The notes: generated by a model from the letters alone, not told the origin. Counted from the first letter of the stretch, positions 23,856-35,381 are shown. The stretch is DNA of 64,000 bases from an uncultured delta proteobacterium (GCA_963776345.1 CAVZMH010000016.1:576001-640000), one strand, 5' to 3'. Translations and numbers: made by a program.

Positions 23856-24337
23856 CGCTCGGCGTGGGGGGACGGCGAGGCGCCGCGCTTCTGCCGCTCG
23901 GCGCTCCAGTGGTCCATCGCCTTCAGCTTCTCGGCGAACTGGAAGGGGCGGAGCGAGGGCGAGCTGGGCTCGTGGCAGCTCCGGCAGGACTTCTCGGACG
24001 GGTCCACCAGCCCCACCAGCCGCGCCAGCTCCGGGTCCTTCATCACGTACGCCGGCGCGTAGTACTGGCCGCCGCCGTGGCAGGTCTCGCAGCCGATGCC
24101 GGCCATGGACTGGTCCGCCAGGTTCGGCGCGTGGCAGATGGTGCAGCGGGCCTCCCGCTGCTGGTCGGCGGTGAGCGACTCCATGGAGCGGGCGTGCTTG
24201 GAGGCCCTCCAGGCCGCGTAGGCGTCCGGGTGGCAGCCCTTGCAGCTCTCGGAGCCGAGGAAGTCCGCGCCGGCCGCCACCGCGGAGCCCAGCACGGCCA
24301 GCGCCAGGGCCCAGCGGGATGCGGGAGGGAGGGTCAT
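23852..24337 (-). CDS. Small periplasmic tetraheme c-type cytochrome (c554-like)
   Basis: Signal peptide and four CxxCH motifs (CKGCH, CTICH, CETCH, CRSCH); W..SKHA motif. Confidence 0.88.
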   Translation of the reverse strand: MTLPPASRWALALAVLGSAVAAGADFLGSESCKGCHPDAYAAWRASKHARSMESLTADQQREARCTICHAPNLADQSMAGIGCETCHGGGQYYAPAYVMKDPELARLVGLVDPSEKSCRSCHEPSSPSLRPFQFAEKLKAMDHWSAERQKRGASPSPHAER

Positions 24338-24405
24338 CGCGCACAGGGAAATACCAGAGTCCATGTGCCCTCTGGCAAGCGGCACGGTATAGGTTCGCGC
24401 TGCAG

Positions 24406-24930
24406 ATGCGCTCCTCCTCACCGAGGCGACTGGCGATCCTCACCCTGCTGGTGACGGCGGCCGCGGCCCAGGCCAAGGCCTGGAACGGGGTCGAGCCCGG
24501 CGTGTCCCGGCGGGACGAGGTGGTGAAGCGGTTCGGCCCCCCGAGCAAGACGCTCACCGTGTCGGGCAAGGAGGTGCTGGCCTACACCGACGCGGCGGCG
24601 ATGAAGGGAACCTCGCAGGCGCAGTTCCGGGTGGACCCGCCGACCGGGCTGGTGGAGCGCATCGACGTCTTCCCCTCGACGGCCATCGACCACGACACGG
24701 TGGAGGCGACGTTCGGCCCGCCCTGCCCCAAGAGCGGCGCCCCGCAGCCGGCGGCGTGCTTCCAGAAGAAGCTCACCGACGACTTCCGCACCTACTACGT
24801 CTACGCCCGGCTCGGGCTGGCGGTGTTCTTCGACGAGACCGACGACCGGGTGCAGTCCTTCGTCTACACCGCGCCCCGTCCGCCGACGGCCCCGGCACCC
24901 GCGCCCGCTCCGGCAGCCGCCCCTCGCTGA
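24406..24930 (+). CDS. Secreted hypothetical protein
   Basis: Signal peptide (LAILTLLVTAAAAQA-KA); two similar 'V..FGPP' segments; stop overlaps the coaE ATG. Confidence 0.7.
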   Translation: MRSSSPRRLAILTLLVTAAAAQAKAWNGVEPGVSRRDEVVKRFGPPSKTLTVSGKEVLAYTDAAAMKGTSQAQFRVDPPTGLVERIDVFPSTAIDHDTVEATFGPPCPKSGAPQPAACFQKKLTDDFRTYYVYARLGLAVFFDETDDRVQSFVYTAPRPPTAPAPAPAPAAAPR

Positions 24931-25526
24931 TGCGGGTGGTGGGGCTCACCGGCGGCATCGCCTCGGGCAAGAGCACGGTGAGCGTGATGTTCCGGGAGCT
25001 CGGGGCCCAGGTCATCGACGCCGACCAGGTGGCCCGGGAGGTGGTCGAGCCCGGGACCCCGGCCCTCGAGGAGATCGCCCGCCGCTTCCCCGGGGTGGTG
25101 GATGCCGCGGGGCGGCTGGACCGGGCGGCCCTGGGCGCGCGCGTCTTCTCCGATGCCACCGAGCGGCGGGCGCTGGAGGCCATCGTGCACCCGCGCATCC
25201 GCGACGAGGTGGCGCGGAGGACCGAGGCGCTCGCCCGCGCCGGAATACACGTCTTGCTCTACGACGCGGCGCTGCTCATCGAGAACGGGCTCCACCGCGG
25301 CATGGACGGAGTGATCCTCGTCTCGGCGCCGGAGGCGGTGCAGCGGGCCCGGCTCGCCGCCCGCGACGGGCTGGACGACGCCGCCATCTCCGCGCGGCTC
25401 GCGGCGCAGCTGCCCCTGGCCGACAAGCGGGCGCACGCCACCTGGGTGGTGGACAACGGGGGCACGCTGGACGAGACGCGGGCCCAGGTCCGGCGAATCT
25501 GGGAGGAGATCCGCGGGAGCGGCTAA
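24930..25526 (+). CDS. coaE: Dephospho-CoA kinase
   Basis: MRVVGLTGGIASGKSTV, IDADQVAREVV, LEAIVHPRI and VVDNGG. Confidence 0.96.
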   Translation: MRVVGLTGGIASGKSTVSVMFRELGAQVIDADQVAREVVEPGTPALEEIARRFPGVVDAAGRLDRAALGARVFSDATERRALEAIVHPRIRDEVARRTEALARAGIHVLLYDAALLIENGLHRGMDGVILVSAPEAVQRARLAARDGLDDAAISARLAAQLPLADKRAHATWVVDNGGTLDETRAQVRRIWEEIRGSG

Positions 25527-25547
25527 GGTCCCCCGGGCAGGAGCTCC

Positions 25548-26672
25548 ATGTCCTCGAACGACGGCGCCACGCTGGTCACCGGCTATCCGGGCTTCATCGC
25601 GAAACGCCTGGTGGAGCACCTCGCGCAGGAGGGCCAGGGGCGCATCTACACCCTGGTGCAGCCCCGCTTTCTCGAGCAGGCGAAGGCGAGCGCCGCGCGG
25701 GTAAAGGGCGCGCCGGTGGAGGTGCTCGCCGGCGACGTCACCGACCTGCACCTCGGGCTCTCGGGCGAGGAGGTGGAGCGGGTGGCGAGCAGCGTCAGCC
25801 GGGTGTTCCACCTGGCGGCGCTGAACCAGCTCACCGTCTCGCGAGAGGTGGCCTGGCGGACCAACGTGGACGGCACGCGCAACGTGCTGGACATGGCGCG
25901 CGAGTGCCGCCGGCTGGAGCGCCTGGTGCACTTCAGCACCTGCCACGTGGCCGGGGCGCGCGAGGGGGTCATCGCCGAGGACGAGCTGGACAAGGGCCAG
26001 GAGTTCCGCAACGCCTGGGAGGAGACCAAGTTCCACGCCGAGAAGGCGGTGGTCCGGGCGGCGGAGTCGCTCCCGATCGTCATCCTGCGTCCCTCCACCG
26101 TGGTGGGCGACTCACGGACCGGGGAGATCGACCGCTTCGAGGGGCCCTACGCGCTGGGCATCCTCCTGGTCGCGAGCCCGCTGGTCGTTCCGCTGCCGCT
26201 TCCGGGCAACGGCATCGCCCCGCTGAACGTCGTCCCGGTGGACTTCGTGGTCCGGGCGGCGGTGCAGCTCGCCGGCGACCCACGGGCGAAGGGCCAGACC
26301 TTCCACCTGGTCGACCCCAGCCCCATGAGCGTGGCCCGGGTCTACGAGCTCATCGCCGAGCGCGCCCACCGCCGCATCCCGAAGCTCACCTTCCCCGCCC
26401 GCGCCGCCGAGGCGGTGCTCCGGCTGCCGCTGCTCGAGCGGGTGACCCGGCCGCAGCGGGCGGCGCTGGGGTACATCAACCAGCTGGCCTGGTTCACCAG
26501 CGCCAACACGCTCGAGCTGCTGGAGGGCACCGGCATCCGCTGCCCCCGGCTGTCGACCTACCTGGACACGCTGATGGCCTACGTCCGCGAGGACTACGCG
26601 CGCCGGCAGGCGGCCGAGGCCGAGACGCTGGTCGAGGACCCCCTGGACGAGACGGCGAAGGCGAACGGGTGA
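25548..26672 (+). CDS. Extended SDR / thioester-reductase-like (NAD_binding_4) oxidoreductase
   Basis: LVTGYPGFIA, VFHLAA, NVDGTRNVL, HFST, RPSTVVGDSRTG and VPVDFV. The YxxxK position reads WEETK. Confidence 0.85.
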   Translation: MSSNDGATLVTGYPGFIAKRLVEHLAQEGQGRIYTLVQPRFLEQAKASAARVKGAPVEVLAGDVTDLHLGLSGEEVERVASSVSRVFHLAALNQLTVSREVAWRTNVDGTRNVLDMARECRRLERLVHFSTCHVAGAREGVIAEDELDKGQEFRNAWEETKFHAEKAVVRAAESLPIVILRPSTVVGDSRTGEIDRFEGPYALGILLVASPLVVPLPLPGNGIAPLNVVPVDFVVRAAVQLAGDPRAKGQTFHLVDPSPMSVARVYELIAERAHRRIPKLTFPARAAEAVLRLPLLERVTRPQRAALGYINQLAWFTSANTLELLEGTGIRCPRLSTYLDTLMAYVREDYARRQAAEAETLVEDPLDETAKANG

Positions 26673-27703
26673 GCATCGTCGCGGGACAGACCTTCTCGCT
26701 GGTCCGCGAGTGCGACCGCTACCGGTCGCTGTACTACGCGGGCGCGAGCGGAGACTTCAATCCCATCCACCTCGACCCCGAGGCGGGCCAGGCCGCCGGG
26801 CTGGGCGGGGTCATCCTCCAGGGGCTGTGCACGCTGGCCTGGGCGACCGACGCCTTCGCCCGCTTCCTCGGGGACCCGGGCCTGGTGACCGGGGTGAAGG
26901 CCCGCTTCAGCAGGCCGGTGCGCCCCGAGGACACGGTCCGGTTCGAGGGGACGGTGACCGAGGTCTCGAACGGCGTGGTGAAGGCCACCGTCGTCGCCCG
27001 GAACCAGGGCGGGGAGGAGGTGCTGAAGGCCGTGCACCTCGAGGGGCGGGAGCGCGCGTCCGGGCCGGAGGCCACCTCCTCCGGAGGGTTGCCCGGCATG
27101 ACTCCCCAGGTGGCCCAGGCGGCGGAGGTGCTGCGGATGTCTCGCCCCGAGTTGCTCGAGGATGCGCGCATGCCGCCGGCGTCCGGGCCGACCTCGTCCG
27201 CGGCGGGCGGGGCGACAGCTGCCGCCCGCGGTCCGGGTCGCAGCGCGATCGGCCGGAGCTGGGGCCCGTTCCGCTACGTGATGGGTGCGGAAAAGATGCG
27301 CGAGTACGCGGTGGCTATCTCCGGGGGCGTGCCCTCGTACGTCTCGACCGGGCTTCCCGAGGACCTGCACCCGGTGCTTCACGACGAGGTGGCGGCGGCC
27401 CGGTCGCCCTGGGGCTCGATGATCGCCTTTCCGATGTTCGCCGTGCTGTTCTCCATCTCCCCGGCGCAGGCCGCCCTGCTCGACCCGGCGCTGGAGGTGG
27501 ACGTCTTCCGGGTGCTGCACGGCGAGCAGGAGTTCGAGTTCCGCGAGGTGCTCCGGCCGGGGGACGTGCTCCAGACCACCGGGACGCTCGAGTCGCACTC
27601 CACCCGCGGGAGCAACGAGCTGTTCGTCATCCGCACCGACTCGGTGAACCAGCACGGCCGGCTCGCGGTGCGGGGCCGCTTCACCGCGTTCGTCCGCGGC
27701 TGA
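26669..27703 (+). CDS. Tandem MaoC/hotdog dehydratase (HadB-like + HadA/FAS1_DH-like fusion)
   Basis: GTG overlaps the SDR stop. N-domain YAGASGDFNPIHLD (hydratase-2 motif) and RFSRPVRPED; C-domain KMREYA..VLHGEQEFEFREVLRPGD. Confidence 0.82.
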   Translation: MSIVAGQTFSLVRECDRYRSLYYAGASGDFNPIHLDPEAGQAAGLGGVILQGLCTLAWATDAFARFLGDPGLVTGVKARFSRPVRPEDTVRFEGTVTEVSNGVVKATVVARNQGGEEVLKAVHLEGRERASGPEATSSGGLPGMTPQVAQAAEVLRMSRPELLEDARMPPASGPTSSAAGGATAAARGPGRSAIGRSWGPFRYVMGAEKMREYAVAISGGVPSYVSTGLPEDLHPVLHDEVAAARSPWGSMIAFPMFAVLFSISPAQAALLDPALEVDVFRVLHGEQEFEFREVLRPGDVLQTTGTLESHSTRGSNELFVIRTDSVNQHGRLAVRGRFTAFVRG

Positions 27704-27731
27704 CGTCGAGGCGGCTTCAGCGGCTCGGCCG

Positions 27732-29330
27732 TCAGCTCACGATGACCCGCTGGTCGAGCAGCTGGGCGAGGATGCGCGCGGTGTCCAGGCGCGACATGCC
27801 CGACACCGAGAACAGGTCCTCGAAGCTGAGGGTCCCGTCGATCTGGGCCAGCATGAAGCCGGCGCGGTGGTCGAGGTTCAGCCAGATGACCTCGTCCTCC
27901 TTGAGACGCACCCGCGGCACGGCGCTCAGCTTGCCGAGCTTCGACTCGTAGATGGTCTGGAGCTTCGTCTCGCTCCGTGCCAGGGCGTCCGCCAGACCGG
28001 TGAGCTCGGGGTGGAGCGACTGCGCCTGCAGCAGCAGCTCGCGCGCGCCGCTGTGGTCGTCGAGGTTCTGCAGCTCCCGGGACCTCTCGAACAGCCGCAC
28101 CGCCTCGGAGCGCGGGTCCCGGGGCGCGGGAAGAGGCGTGAGCCCCGACACGCCGCGCGGCTCGGCGAGGAGCTCGAGTGCACCCGGCCCCTCGGGCGCG
28201 AGCAGCGTGGGCCCTTCCCCCTCGCCTCCCCAGGCGTCGCTCGGGAACGGGTGGCCGCCGGCCGCGGGCGACACCGCGCCGAAGCTGGCGGTCGTCGTGG
28301 GAGGGGGCGCGGCGGCACGCGGCGTGGCTTGCCCGCGTCCGGGTCCGGCGGGAGGAAGAGGAATCGCGCCGACGCCCTTCGATGGGGTCGTCGCCGGCGC
28401 CGATCCCCCGCTCGCGGGCATCGACCAGGGAACCGGCTCCTGCGGCGGCGAGGGATCCGGGGCGGCGGGGGCGGACTGCGCTCGCGCCGCGGGAAGCGGG
28501 ACGGGACCCGTCGTCCGGGATGGCTCCGCCGTCGCGTCCGGACCCGCCACGCGCGCCCGGGAAGGCGTTGCCGGCGCGGGGGTCGCGTGGAGCGGCGCGA
28601 CGGCGGGAGGCAGGGGGACGGGACCCGTCGTCCGCGGTGGAACGCTCCCCTCGGCGGGCGTCGGCTCGCGGGCCGGGGCCGGCGGGGGCGGGCCGAGCAC
28701 CGGACCGGTCGCGCCCGGGCCCAAGGCCGAAGGCAGGGGGATGGCACCCGTGGTCCGCGACGGCACGGCCTCCGCACCGGAGCGGCCCTGCCGGGCCGGC
28801 GTGCCCTCCATCAGCTCGAGCCCGAAGTCGTCCCCGCTCTCACCGAGGTCGTCGCCCTGGAAGTCCTGGTCGTGCGCCGGCGACGCCGCCCGGGGCGACT
28901 CGGCCGGCGAGCCAGCGGCGCGGGGCGGGAGCGGGGAAGGACCCCAGGGGATGGTGTGCATCGGCGCCGGCGCCCCGCCGGACCCGGCCGGCTCCGCCGT
29001 CCGGACGAAGAAGCGCGAGGTGTTCCCCATCGCGTCCGAGGGCGGAGCGTTCCACCACTCCTCGGGCATCGACGCCGGCGCGGGGGGCTCGTCCTGGAAG
29101 AGGCGGGGCAGCGGCACCGAGAAGAGGTCGCTCCGGGTGACGGGGACGTCGCGCAGCTCCTGCGGGACCGCCTCCGCCTCGGGAACCGAGTGCCCCAGGA
29201 GCTCCCGGGCGCGGATGCTCTCGGGGTCGAGCCGCAGCGCCTGCTCGAACAGCCGCCGCGCACCTTCCACGTCGCCGCTCATCTTCAGCCACAGCCCGGC
29301 CTCGAGCAGCTGGTTGGTCCGCGCGCTCAC
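27732..29330 (-). CDS. TPR / Pro-rich repeat / conserved C-terminal domain protein
   Basis: N-terminal TPR-like GDVEGARRLFEQALRLDP, long Pro/Ala linker, C-terminal WLNLDHRAGFMLAQIDG..SGMSRLDTARILAQL. Start overlaps the Hsp70 stop. Confidence 0.75.
   Translation of the reverse strand: MSARTNQLLEAGLWLKMSGDVEGARRLFEQALRLDPESIRARELLGHSVPEAEAVPQELRDVPVTRSDLFSVPLPRLFQDEPPAPASMPEEWWNAPPSDAMGNTSRFFVRTAEPAGSGGAPAPMHTIPWGPSPLPPRAAGSPAESPRAASPAHDQDFQGDDLGESGDDFGLELMEGTPARQGRSGAEAVPSRTTGAIPLPSALGPGATGPVLGPPPPAPAREPTPAEGSVPPRTTGPVPLPPAVAPLHATPAPATPSRARVAGPDATAEPSRTTGPVPLPAARAQSAPAAPDPSPPQEPVPWSMPASGGSAPATTPSKGVGAIPLPPAGPGRGQATPRAAAPPPTTTASFGAVSPAAGGHPFPSDAWGGEGEGPTLLAPEGPGALELLAEPRGVSGLTPLPAPRDPRSEAVRLFERSRELQNLDDHSGARELLLQAQSLHPELTGLADALARSETKLQTIYESKLGKLSAVPRVRLKEDEVIWLNLDHRAGFMLAQIDGTLSFEDLFSVSGMSRLDTARILAQLLDQRVIVS
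28351..28766 (-). repeat. Imperfect intragenic repeats encoding P(S/P)RTTG(P/A)(V/I)PLP, about 120-bp spacing
   Basis: Copies VPSRTTGAIPLP, VPPRTTGPVPLP and EPSRTTGPVPLP, plus degenerate TPSKGVGAIPLP; DNA core GGACCCGTCGTCCG recurs near 28504 and 28621. Confidence 0.7.
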
Positions 29331-31174
29331 TGCGGTCTCGCCCCCAGTCGTTCGAGCACGCCGACGAACAGCACCCGGGTCCGCTCCAGCTGGTCCACCC
29401 AGTCGGTCAGCGCGGCCAGGTCCTCGCCCTCGGCGGCGGCGCGGGCCGAGGCGATGACCTCCTCGGCGCGGCGCAGCGCCTCGCGCCCGAACTCGCTGCT
29501 CCCGGTGAGCTGGCGCACCCGGGGGATGAGCGCCGAGACCTCGGCCGCCGCGGCCGACAGCGCGTTCCGCTTCTGCTCCACCTCGGACGAGATCCGGGCC
29601 TCGAGCAGGCTGTCCGCCTGGTCCTCGAGGATGCCCTTCAGCTCCTCGGGGGTGAGGCCGCCCGAGGCGGTGACGGTGATGGACTGCTCGAGCCCCGTCT
29701 CCTTGTCCCGGGCCGAGACCGAGACGATGCCCTCGGAGTTGATCTCGAAGGCGACCTCGATCTCCACGTCGCCCCGCGGCGCGAGGCGGAGCCCGGAGAG
29801 GATGAACTCGCCGAGCAGCTCGTTCTGGTGGGCGAGCTCGCTCTCGCCCTGCAGGACCATGATCTTCACCGTGGTCTGCCCGTCGCGGCTGGTGTGGAAG
29901 GTCTCGGTGGTGGAGGTGGGGACGGTGGTGTTCCTGGGGATGAGCACCCGGTTGTAGCCGCCGGCGATCGCCACCCCGAGGCTCTGGGGCGTCACGTCCA
30001 GGAGCAGCACCTGGCTGGAGGGCTGCATCAGCGCGTCCGCCTGGAGGGCCGCCCCGAGCGCCACCACCTCCTCGGGGTGCACGCCCTTGGAGGGGTCGCG
30101 TTGGAAGTGGCGCCGCACCGCGGCCTGCACCGCCGGCATGCGCGTCATCCCGCCGACCAGGACGATCTCCCGGAGCTCGTCCGGGTGCACCCGGGCCTCC
30201 GCCAGCACCTTGTCGGCGATCTCCACCGTCCGCTCCACCAGGTCCTGGGTGAGTTCCTCGAGGCGTCCGCGGGAGAGGCTGGCCTGGAGGTGGATGGCGG
30301 AGGTGCCGCCGGGCGGGGTGTAGAGGAACGGCAGGTTGACGTTGGTCTCGTGCAGCTCGGAGAGCTCGATCTTCGCCCGCTCCGCGGCGTCCTTCAGGCG
30401 CTGCAGCGCCATGCGCTCCTTGCGCAGGTCGACGCCGTGCTCCTTGGCAAAGTTCATCACCAGCATCTCGATGATTCGGTTGTCGAAGTCCTCGCCGCCC
30501 AGGTAGGTGTCCCCGCCGGTCGCCACCACGTCGAAGACGCCCTTGGCCACCTCGAGCACGCTGACGTCCAGCGTGCCGCCGCCGAGGTCGAAGACGGCGA
30601 TCTTTCCGGTCACCTGCCTGCCGAAGCCGTAGGCCAGCGCCGCCGCGGTGGGCTCGTTGAGGATGCGGAGCACGTCGAGGCCGGCGATGCGGCCCGCGTC
30701 CTTGGTGGCCTGGCGCTGACCGTCGTTGAAGTAGGCGGGGACGGTCACCACCGCCTTGCTCACCGGCTTGCCCAGGAACGCCTCGGCGTCGAGCTTCAGC
30801 TCCCGGAGCACCGCGGCGGAGATCTCGGGCAAGGAGACCGCCTTGTCCCCCATCTGCACCCGGACGTCGTCGTGCTCGCCGCAGACGATGCGGTAGGGCA
30901 GCGTCTCGCGCGCCCGCCGGATCTGGTCCGAGCTGAACTTCCGGCCGATGAGCCGCTTGCTGGCGTAGACCGTGTTCTCTGGATTGGTGATGGCCTGGCG
31001 CTTGGCCAGCTGGCCCACCAGCCGCTTTCCTGCGCTGGTGACCGCCACCACCGAGGGGGTCAGCGTCTGCCCGGTCCGGTTGCGGATGACGTGCGGCTGA
31101 CCGCCCTGGACGATGCCCACCACGCTGTTGGTGGTGCCAAGGTCGATGCCGATGACGGGCTCTTGTTCTGCCAT
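29327..31174 (-). CDS. dnaK: Hsp70/DnaK-family chaperone paralog
   Basis: [54 protein letters not shown] and [11 protein letters not shown]. No grpE nearby, so probably a non-canonical paralog. Confidence 0.9.
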   Translation of the reverse strand: MAEQEPVIGIDLGTTNSVVGIVQGGQPHVIRNRTGQTLTPSVVAVTSAGKRLVGQLAKRQAITNPENTVYASKRLIGRKFSSDQIRRARETLPYRIVCGEHDDVRVQMGDKAVSLPEISAAVLRELKLDAEAFLGKPVSKAVVTVPAYFNDGQRQATKDAGRIAGLDVLRILNEPTAAALAYGFGRQVTGKIAVFDLGGGTLDVSVLEVAKGVFDVVATGGDTYLGGEDFDNRIIEMLVMNFAKEHGVDLRKERMALQRLKDAAERAKIELSELHETNVNLPFLYTPPGGTSAIHLQASLSRGRLEELTQDLVERTVEIADKVLAEARVHPDELREIVLVGGMTRMPAVQAAVRRHFQRDPSKGVHPEEVVALGAALQADALMQPSSQVLLLDVTPQSLGVAIAGGYNRVLIPRNTTVPTSTTETFHTSRDGQTTVKIMVLQGESELAHQNELLGEFILSGLRLAPRGDVEIEVAFEINSEGIVSVSARDKETGLEQSITVTASGGLTPEELKGILEDQADSLLEARISSEVEQKRNALSAAAAEVSALIPRVRQLTGSSEFGREALRRAEEVIASARAAAEGEDLAALTDWVDQLERTRVLFVGVLERLGARPQ

Positions 31175-31184
31175 TCCTCTGGGT

Positions 31185-32114
31185 TCAGCGTACCTGACGG
31201 AGGAGCACCTTGGCCTCCGAGTTCCGGGGATCCAGCTTCAGCGCCGCCTCGAGATGTCGGCGCGCCACCGAGCCCATCCCCATCCGGAGGCAGATCTCCG
31301 CCAGGACGAGGAGCGACGGCAAGTGGTCCGCCCGGAGCGACACCGCCCGCTGGGCGAGCGTGCGGGCCTCACCGAGCGCGTGACCGGCCCGTAGCATCCA
31401 GCGCGCGCCCTCGAAGGCCGCGTCGGCACGCGAGGGGTCCAGCGACGAGGCGCGGGCATAGGCGTGCGCGGCGGTCTTGGTGTCCCCCAGCATCGCGGCG
31501 TCGCCCGCCCGCTGCATCTCCTCCTCGGCGCGCTGGGTCGCCAGCTGCTGCTTCGCCTCGGCCTCCAGCTCGGGCGCGCGGTCCTTCCCCAGGTTGCCCC
31601 CGAGCGACTTGGCCTTCTGGAGGAGGTGGAGCGCCTTGTCCGGCGCGGTGCGGAGCTGGCGCTGCGCCTCGTCGACCAGCGCGGTGGCCTGCGCCTTCCG
31701 GGCCAGGTACGGATGCCGCGCCAGCCGCGCCCGGCGCTCCTCGGCCCGGGGGTCCACCGCCGCGGTGTTGCCGGTGGCGCTCGAGCGGGTCGCGCTCGAC
31801 GGCGGCGGCGCCTGGCGATGCGCCTCGATGAGGGCCTCGTGCGCCTCGCTCAGCCGCTGGAAGATGCGGTCCAGCCGGGCCCGGTAGCTGCCCAGGTTCT
31901 TCCCGTAGTACCGGTCGGGGTGGAAGACGCGGCTGGCGTCGAAGTAGGCCAGCTTGACCGCCTCGGCGCTCGCCCCGGGCTTCAGGCCGAGCACCGTCCA
32001 GTGGTCGCGGCCGAGGATCGCCTCGCGGGCGAGGATCTCCCGCTTGCGGTCCATCGGGAGATCCACCGCTTCTGACAGTGCGTCGTGCTGGGTGCGATCC
32101 GTGTCGCTGGGCAA
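31185..32114 (-). CDS. J-domain (DnaJ-like) protein with TPRs
   Basis: DHWTVLGL..VKLAY..FHPDRY (HPD motif); C-terminal TPR helices (ARRHLEAALKLDP). Confidence 0.88.
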   Translation of the reverse strand: MPSDTDRTQHDALSEAVDLPMDRKREILAREAILGRDHWTVLGLKPGASAEAVKLAYFDASRVFHPDRYYGKNLGSYRARLDRIFQRLSEAHEALIEAHRQAPPPSSATRSSATGNTAAVDPRAEERRARLARHPYLARKAQATALVDEAQRQLRTAPDKALHLLQKAKSLGGNLGKDRAPELEAEAKQQLATQRAEEEMQRAGDAAMLGDTKTAAHAYARASSLDPSRADAAFEGARWMLRAGHALGEARTLAQRAVSLRADHLPSLLVLAEICLRMGMGSVARRHLEAALKLDPRNSEAKVLLRQVR

Positions 32115-32171
32115 GACCTTCGCTCCCCACTGGACGCGAGTCCTCGACGCTACCTGCGCAGTGGCGGGTGG

Positions 32172-33434
32172 TCAAACCTGCGACGGGGGCGGGGCGACCG
32201 CGACCACCGCGTCCTCGAGGATGCGCAGCCCCTCGTCCAGCTCGTCGAGGGTGACGATGTACGGGGGGGCGAACCGCACCGTCCGTTCACCGGCGAGGTT
32301 GCAGAGCATCCCCCGCTCGCGGCAGCGGGTGACCACCGGTGCGGCGTCATACGACAGCTCGACACCCAGGAGCAGACCGCGGCCGCGCACGTCCTTCACC
32401 AGCGCCGGGTGGCGCGCCTGCATCTCCCGCCCCCGGGCCACGACGTGTTCGCCTTTTTCGAGGTTTCCGGAGAGAACGCGCGGGTCGCTCGCCAGGCGGA
32501 CGGTGGCCACGGCCGCCGCGGCCGCGACCGGGTTCCCGCCGAAGGTGCTGCCGTGGGTCCCGGGGACCAGGGCCCGCCCCGCCTCCTCGGTGCACAGCAT
32601 CGCCCCGATGGGGAGGCCGTTGGCCAGACCCTTGGCGAGGCTGAAGGCGTCGGGCCGGATGCCCTCGTGCTGGAAAGCGAACATCCTTCCGGTCCGCCCC
32701 ATCCCGGTCTGCACCTCGTCGACGAGCAGCAGGACGCCGGCCTCGTCCGCCAGGGCGCGCAGCGCGCGAAGGAAGCCCTCGGGGGCGCTGCGCACGCCGC
32801 CCTCGCCCTGCACCGGCTCGACGAGGATGGCGGCGGTCCGGGGGCCGACCGCCCTTCGCACCGACTCGAGGTCCCCGTACGGCACGTGGACCACGCCCGG
32901 GAGCAGCGGCTCGAACCCCTTCTGGTACTTGGGCTGACCGGTGGCGGTGACCGTGGCCAGGGTCCGGCCGTGGAAGCTGGTCTCGAAGCAGACGAACTCG
33001 AAGCGGCCGGGCTGCCCGCGCGCGTGCTGCGCCTTCCGCGCGAGCTTGAGGAGCGCCTCGTTGGCCTCCGCGCCCGAGTTGCAGAAGAACGCCCGGTCCA
33101 GGCCGGAGAGCGAGGTGAGCAGCTCGGCGAGGGTGACCTGCGGCTCGGTGTAGAAGACGTTGGAGGTGTGCCACAGCCGGTCGAGCTGGGCCTTGGCCGC
33201 GGCGCTGATCTCCGGGTGGCAGTGGCCGAAGGGCAAGGTGGCGATGCCGCCGAGCAGGTCGAGGTACACGTTGCCGTCCGCGTCCCACACCTTCGTCCCC
33301 TGCCCGCGCTCCAGCACGATGGGCTGCTGCTTGTAGTTTCCAAGCAAATGGGCACGGGCCCGGTCCATCACCGCGCGGTTGCGGGAGGGCAAGGGACGCT
33401 CGACGCCGGGGACGACGGACCGCGGGATGGGCAA
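32172..33434 (-). CDS. argD: Acetylornithine aminotransferase (class III PLP)
   Basis: FFCNSGAEANE, SFHGRT, EPVQGEGG, DEVQTGMGRTG, SLAKGL and HGSTFGGNP. Confidence 0.92.
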   Translation of the reverse strand: MPIPRSVVPGVERPLPSRNRAVMDRARAHLLGNYKQQPIVLERGQGTKVWDADGNVYLDLLGGIATLPFGHCHPEISAAAKAQLDRLWHTSNVFYTEPQVTLAELLTSLSGLDRAFFCNSGAEANEALLKLARKAQHARGQPGRFEFVCFETSFHGRTLATVTATGQPKYQKGFEPLLPGVVHVPYGDLESVRRAVGPRTAAILVEPVQGEGGVRSAPEGFLRALRALADEAGVLLLVDEVQTGMGRTGRMFAFQHEGIRPDAFSLAKGLANGLPIGAMLCTEEAGRALVPGTHGSTFGGNPVAAAAAVATVRLASDPRVLSGNLEKGEHVVARGREMQARHPALVKDVRGRGLLLGVELSYDAAPVVTRCRERGMLCNLAGERTVRFAPPYIVTLDELDEGLRILEDAVVAVAPPPSQV

Positions 33435-33461
33435 GGGAGGGTCCTCTGGGCGAGGGAAGGA

Positions 33462-34850
<1,389 letters not shown>

Positions 34851-34853
34851 CGC

Positions 34854-35381
34854 TCAGAGCTCCTCGAAGGAGAGGTTCCGGTTGGTGTAGATGCAGGTGT
34901 CGGCGGCGATGCCGAGCGAGACCTCGGCGATCTGCCGGGCCGAGAGCGTCGAGTGCTCGAGCAGCGCCCGGGCCGCGGCGAGCGCGTACGGCCCGCCCGA
35001 GCCCACCGCGGCGGCGCCGAAGTCGGGCTCGATGACGTCCCCTGCCCCGCTGAGGACGAAGGTGCGCTCCACGTCGGCGACGACCAGCAGCGCCTCGAGC
35101 CGGCGGAGGAACCGGTCGGTCCGCCAGTCCTTCCCCAGCTCCACGCAGGCCCGGGCGAGGTTCGCCTTGTATTCTTGAAGCTTCGACTCGAAGCGCTCGA
35201 AGAGGGTGAAGGCGTCGGAGGTGCTCCCGGCGAAGCCCGCCAGGACCCGGCCGTCACCGAGCCGGCGCACCTTGCGGGCGCTGGCCTTCATCACCGTCTT
35301 GTCGAGGGTCACCTGGCCGTCGCCGCCGAGCACCACCCGGCCGTCGCGGCGAACGCAGAGAATGGTCGTTCCGTGGAACAT
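34854..35381 (-). CDS. hslV: ATP-dependent protease subunit HslV
   Basis: TTILCVR (N-terminal Thr), [22 protein letters not shown] and CIYTN. Confidence 0.98.
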   Translation of the reverse strand: MFHGTTILCVRRDGRVVLGGDGQVTLDKTVMKASARKVRRLGDGRVLAGFAGSTSDAFTLFERFESKLQEYKANLARACVELGKDWRTDRFLRRLEALLVVADVERTFVLSGAGDVIEPDFGAAAVGSGGPYALAAARALLEHSTLSARQIAEVSLGIAADTCIYTNRNLSFEEL

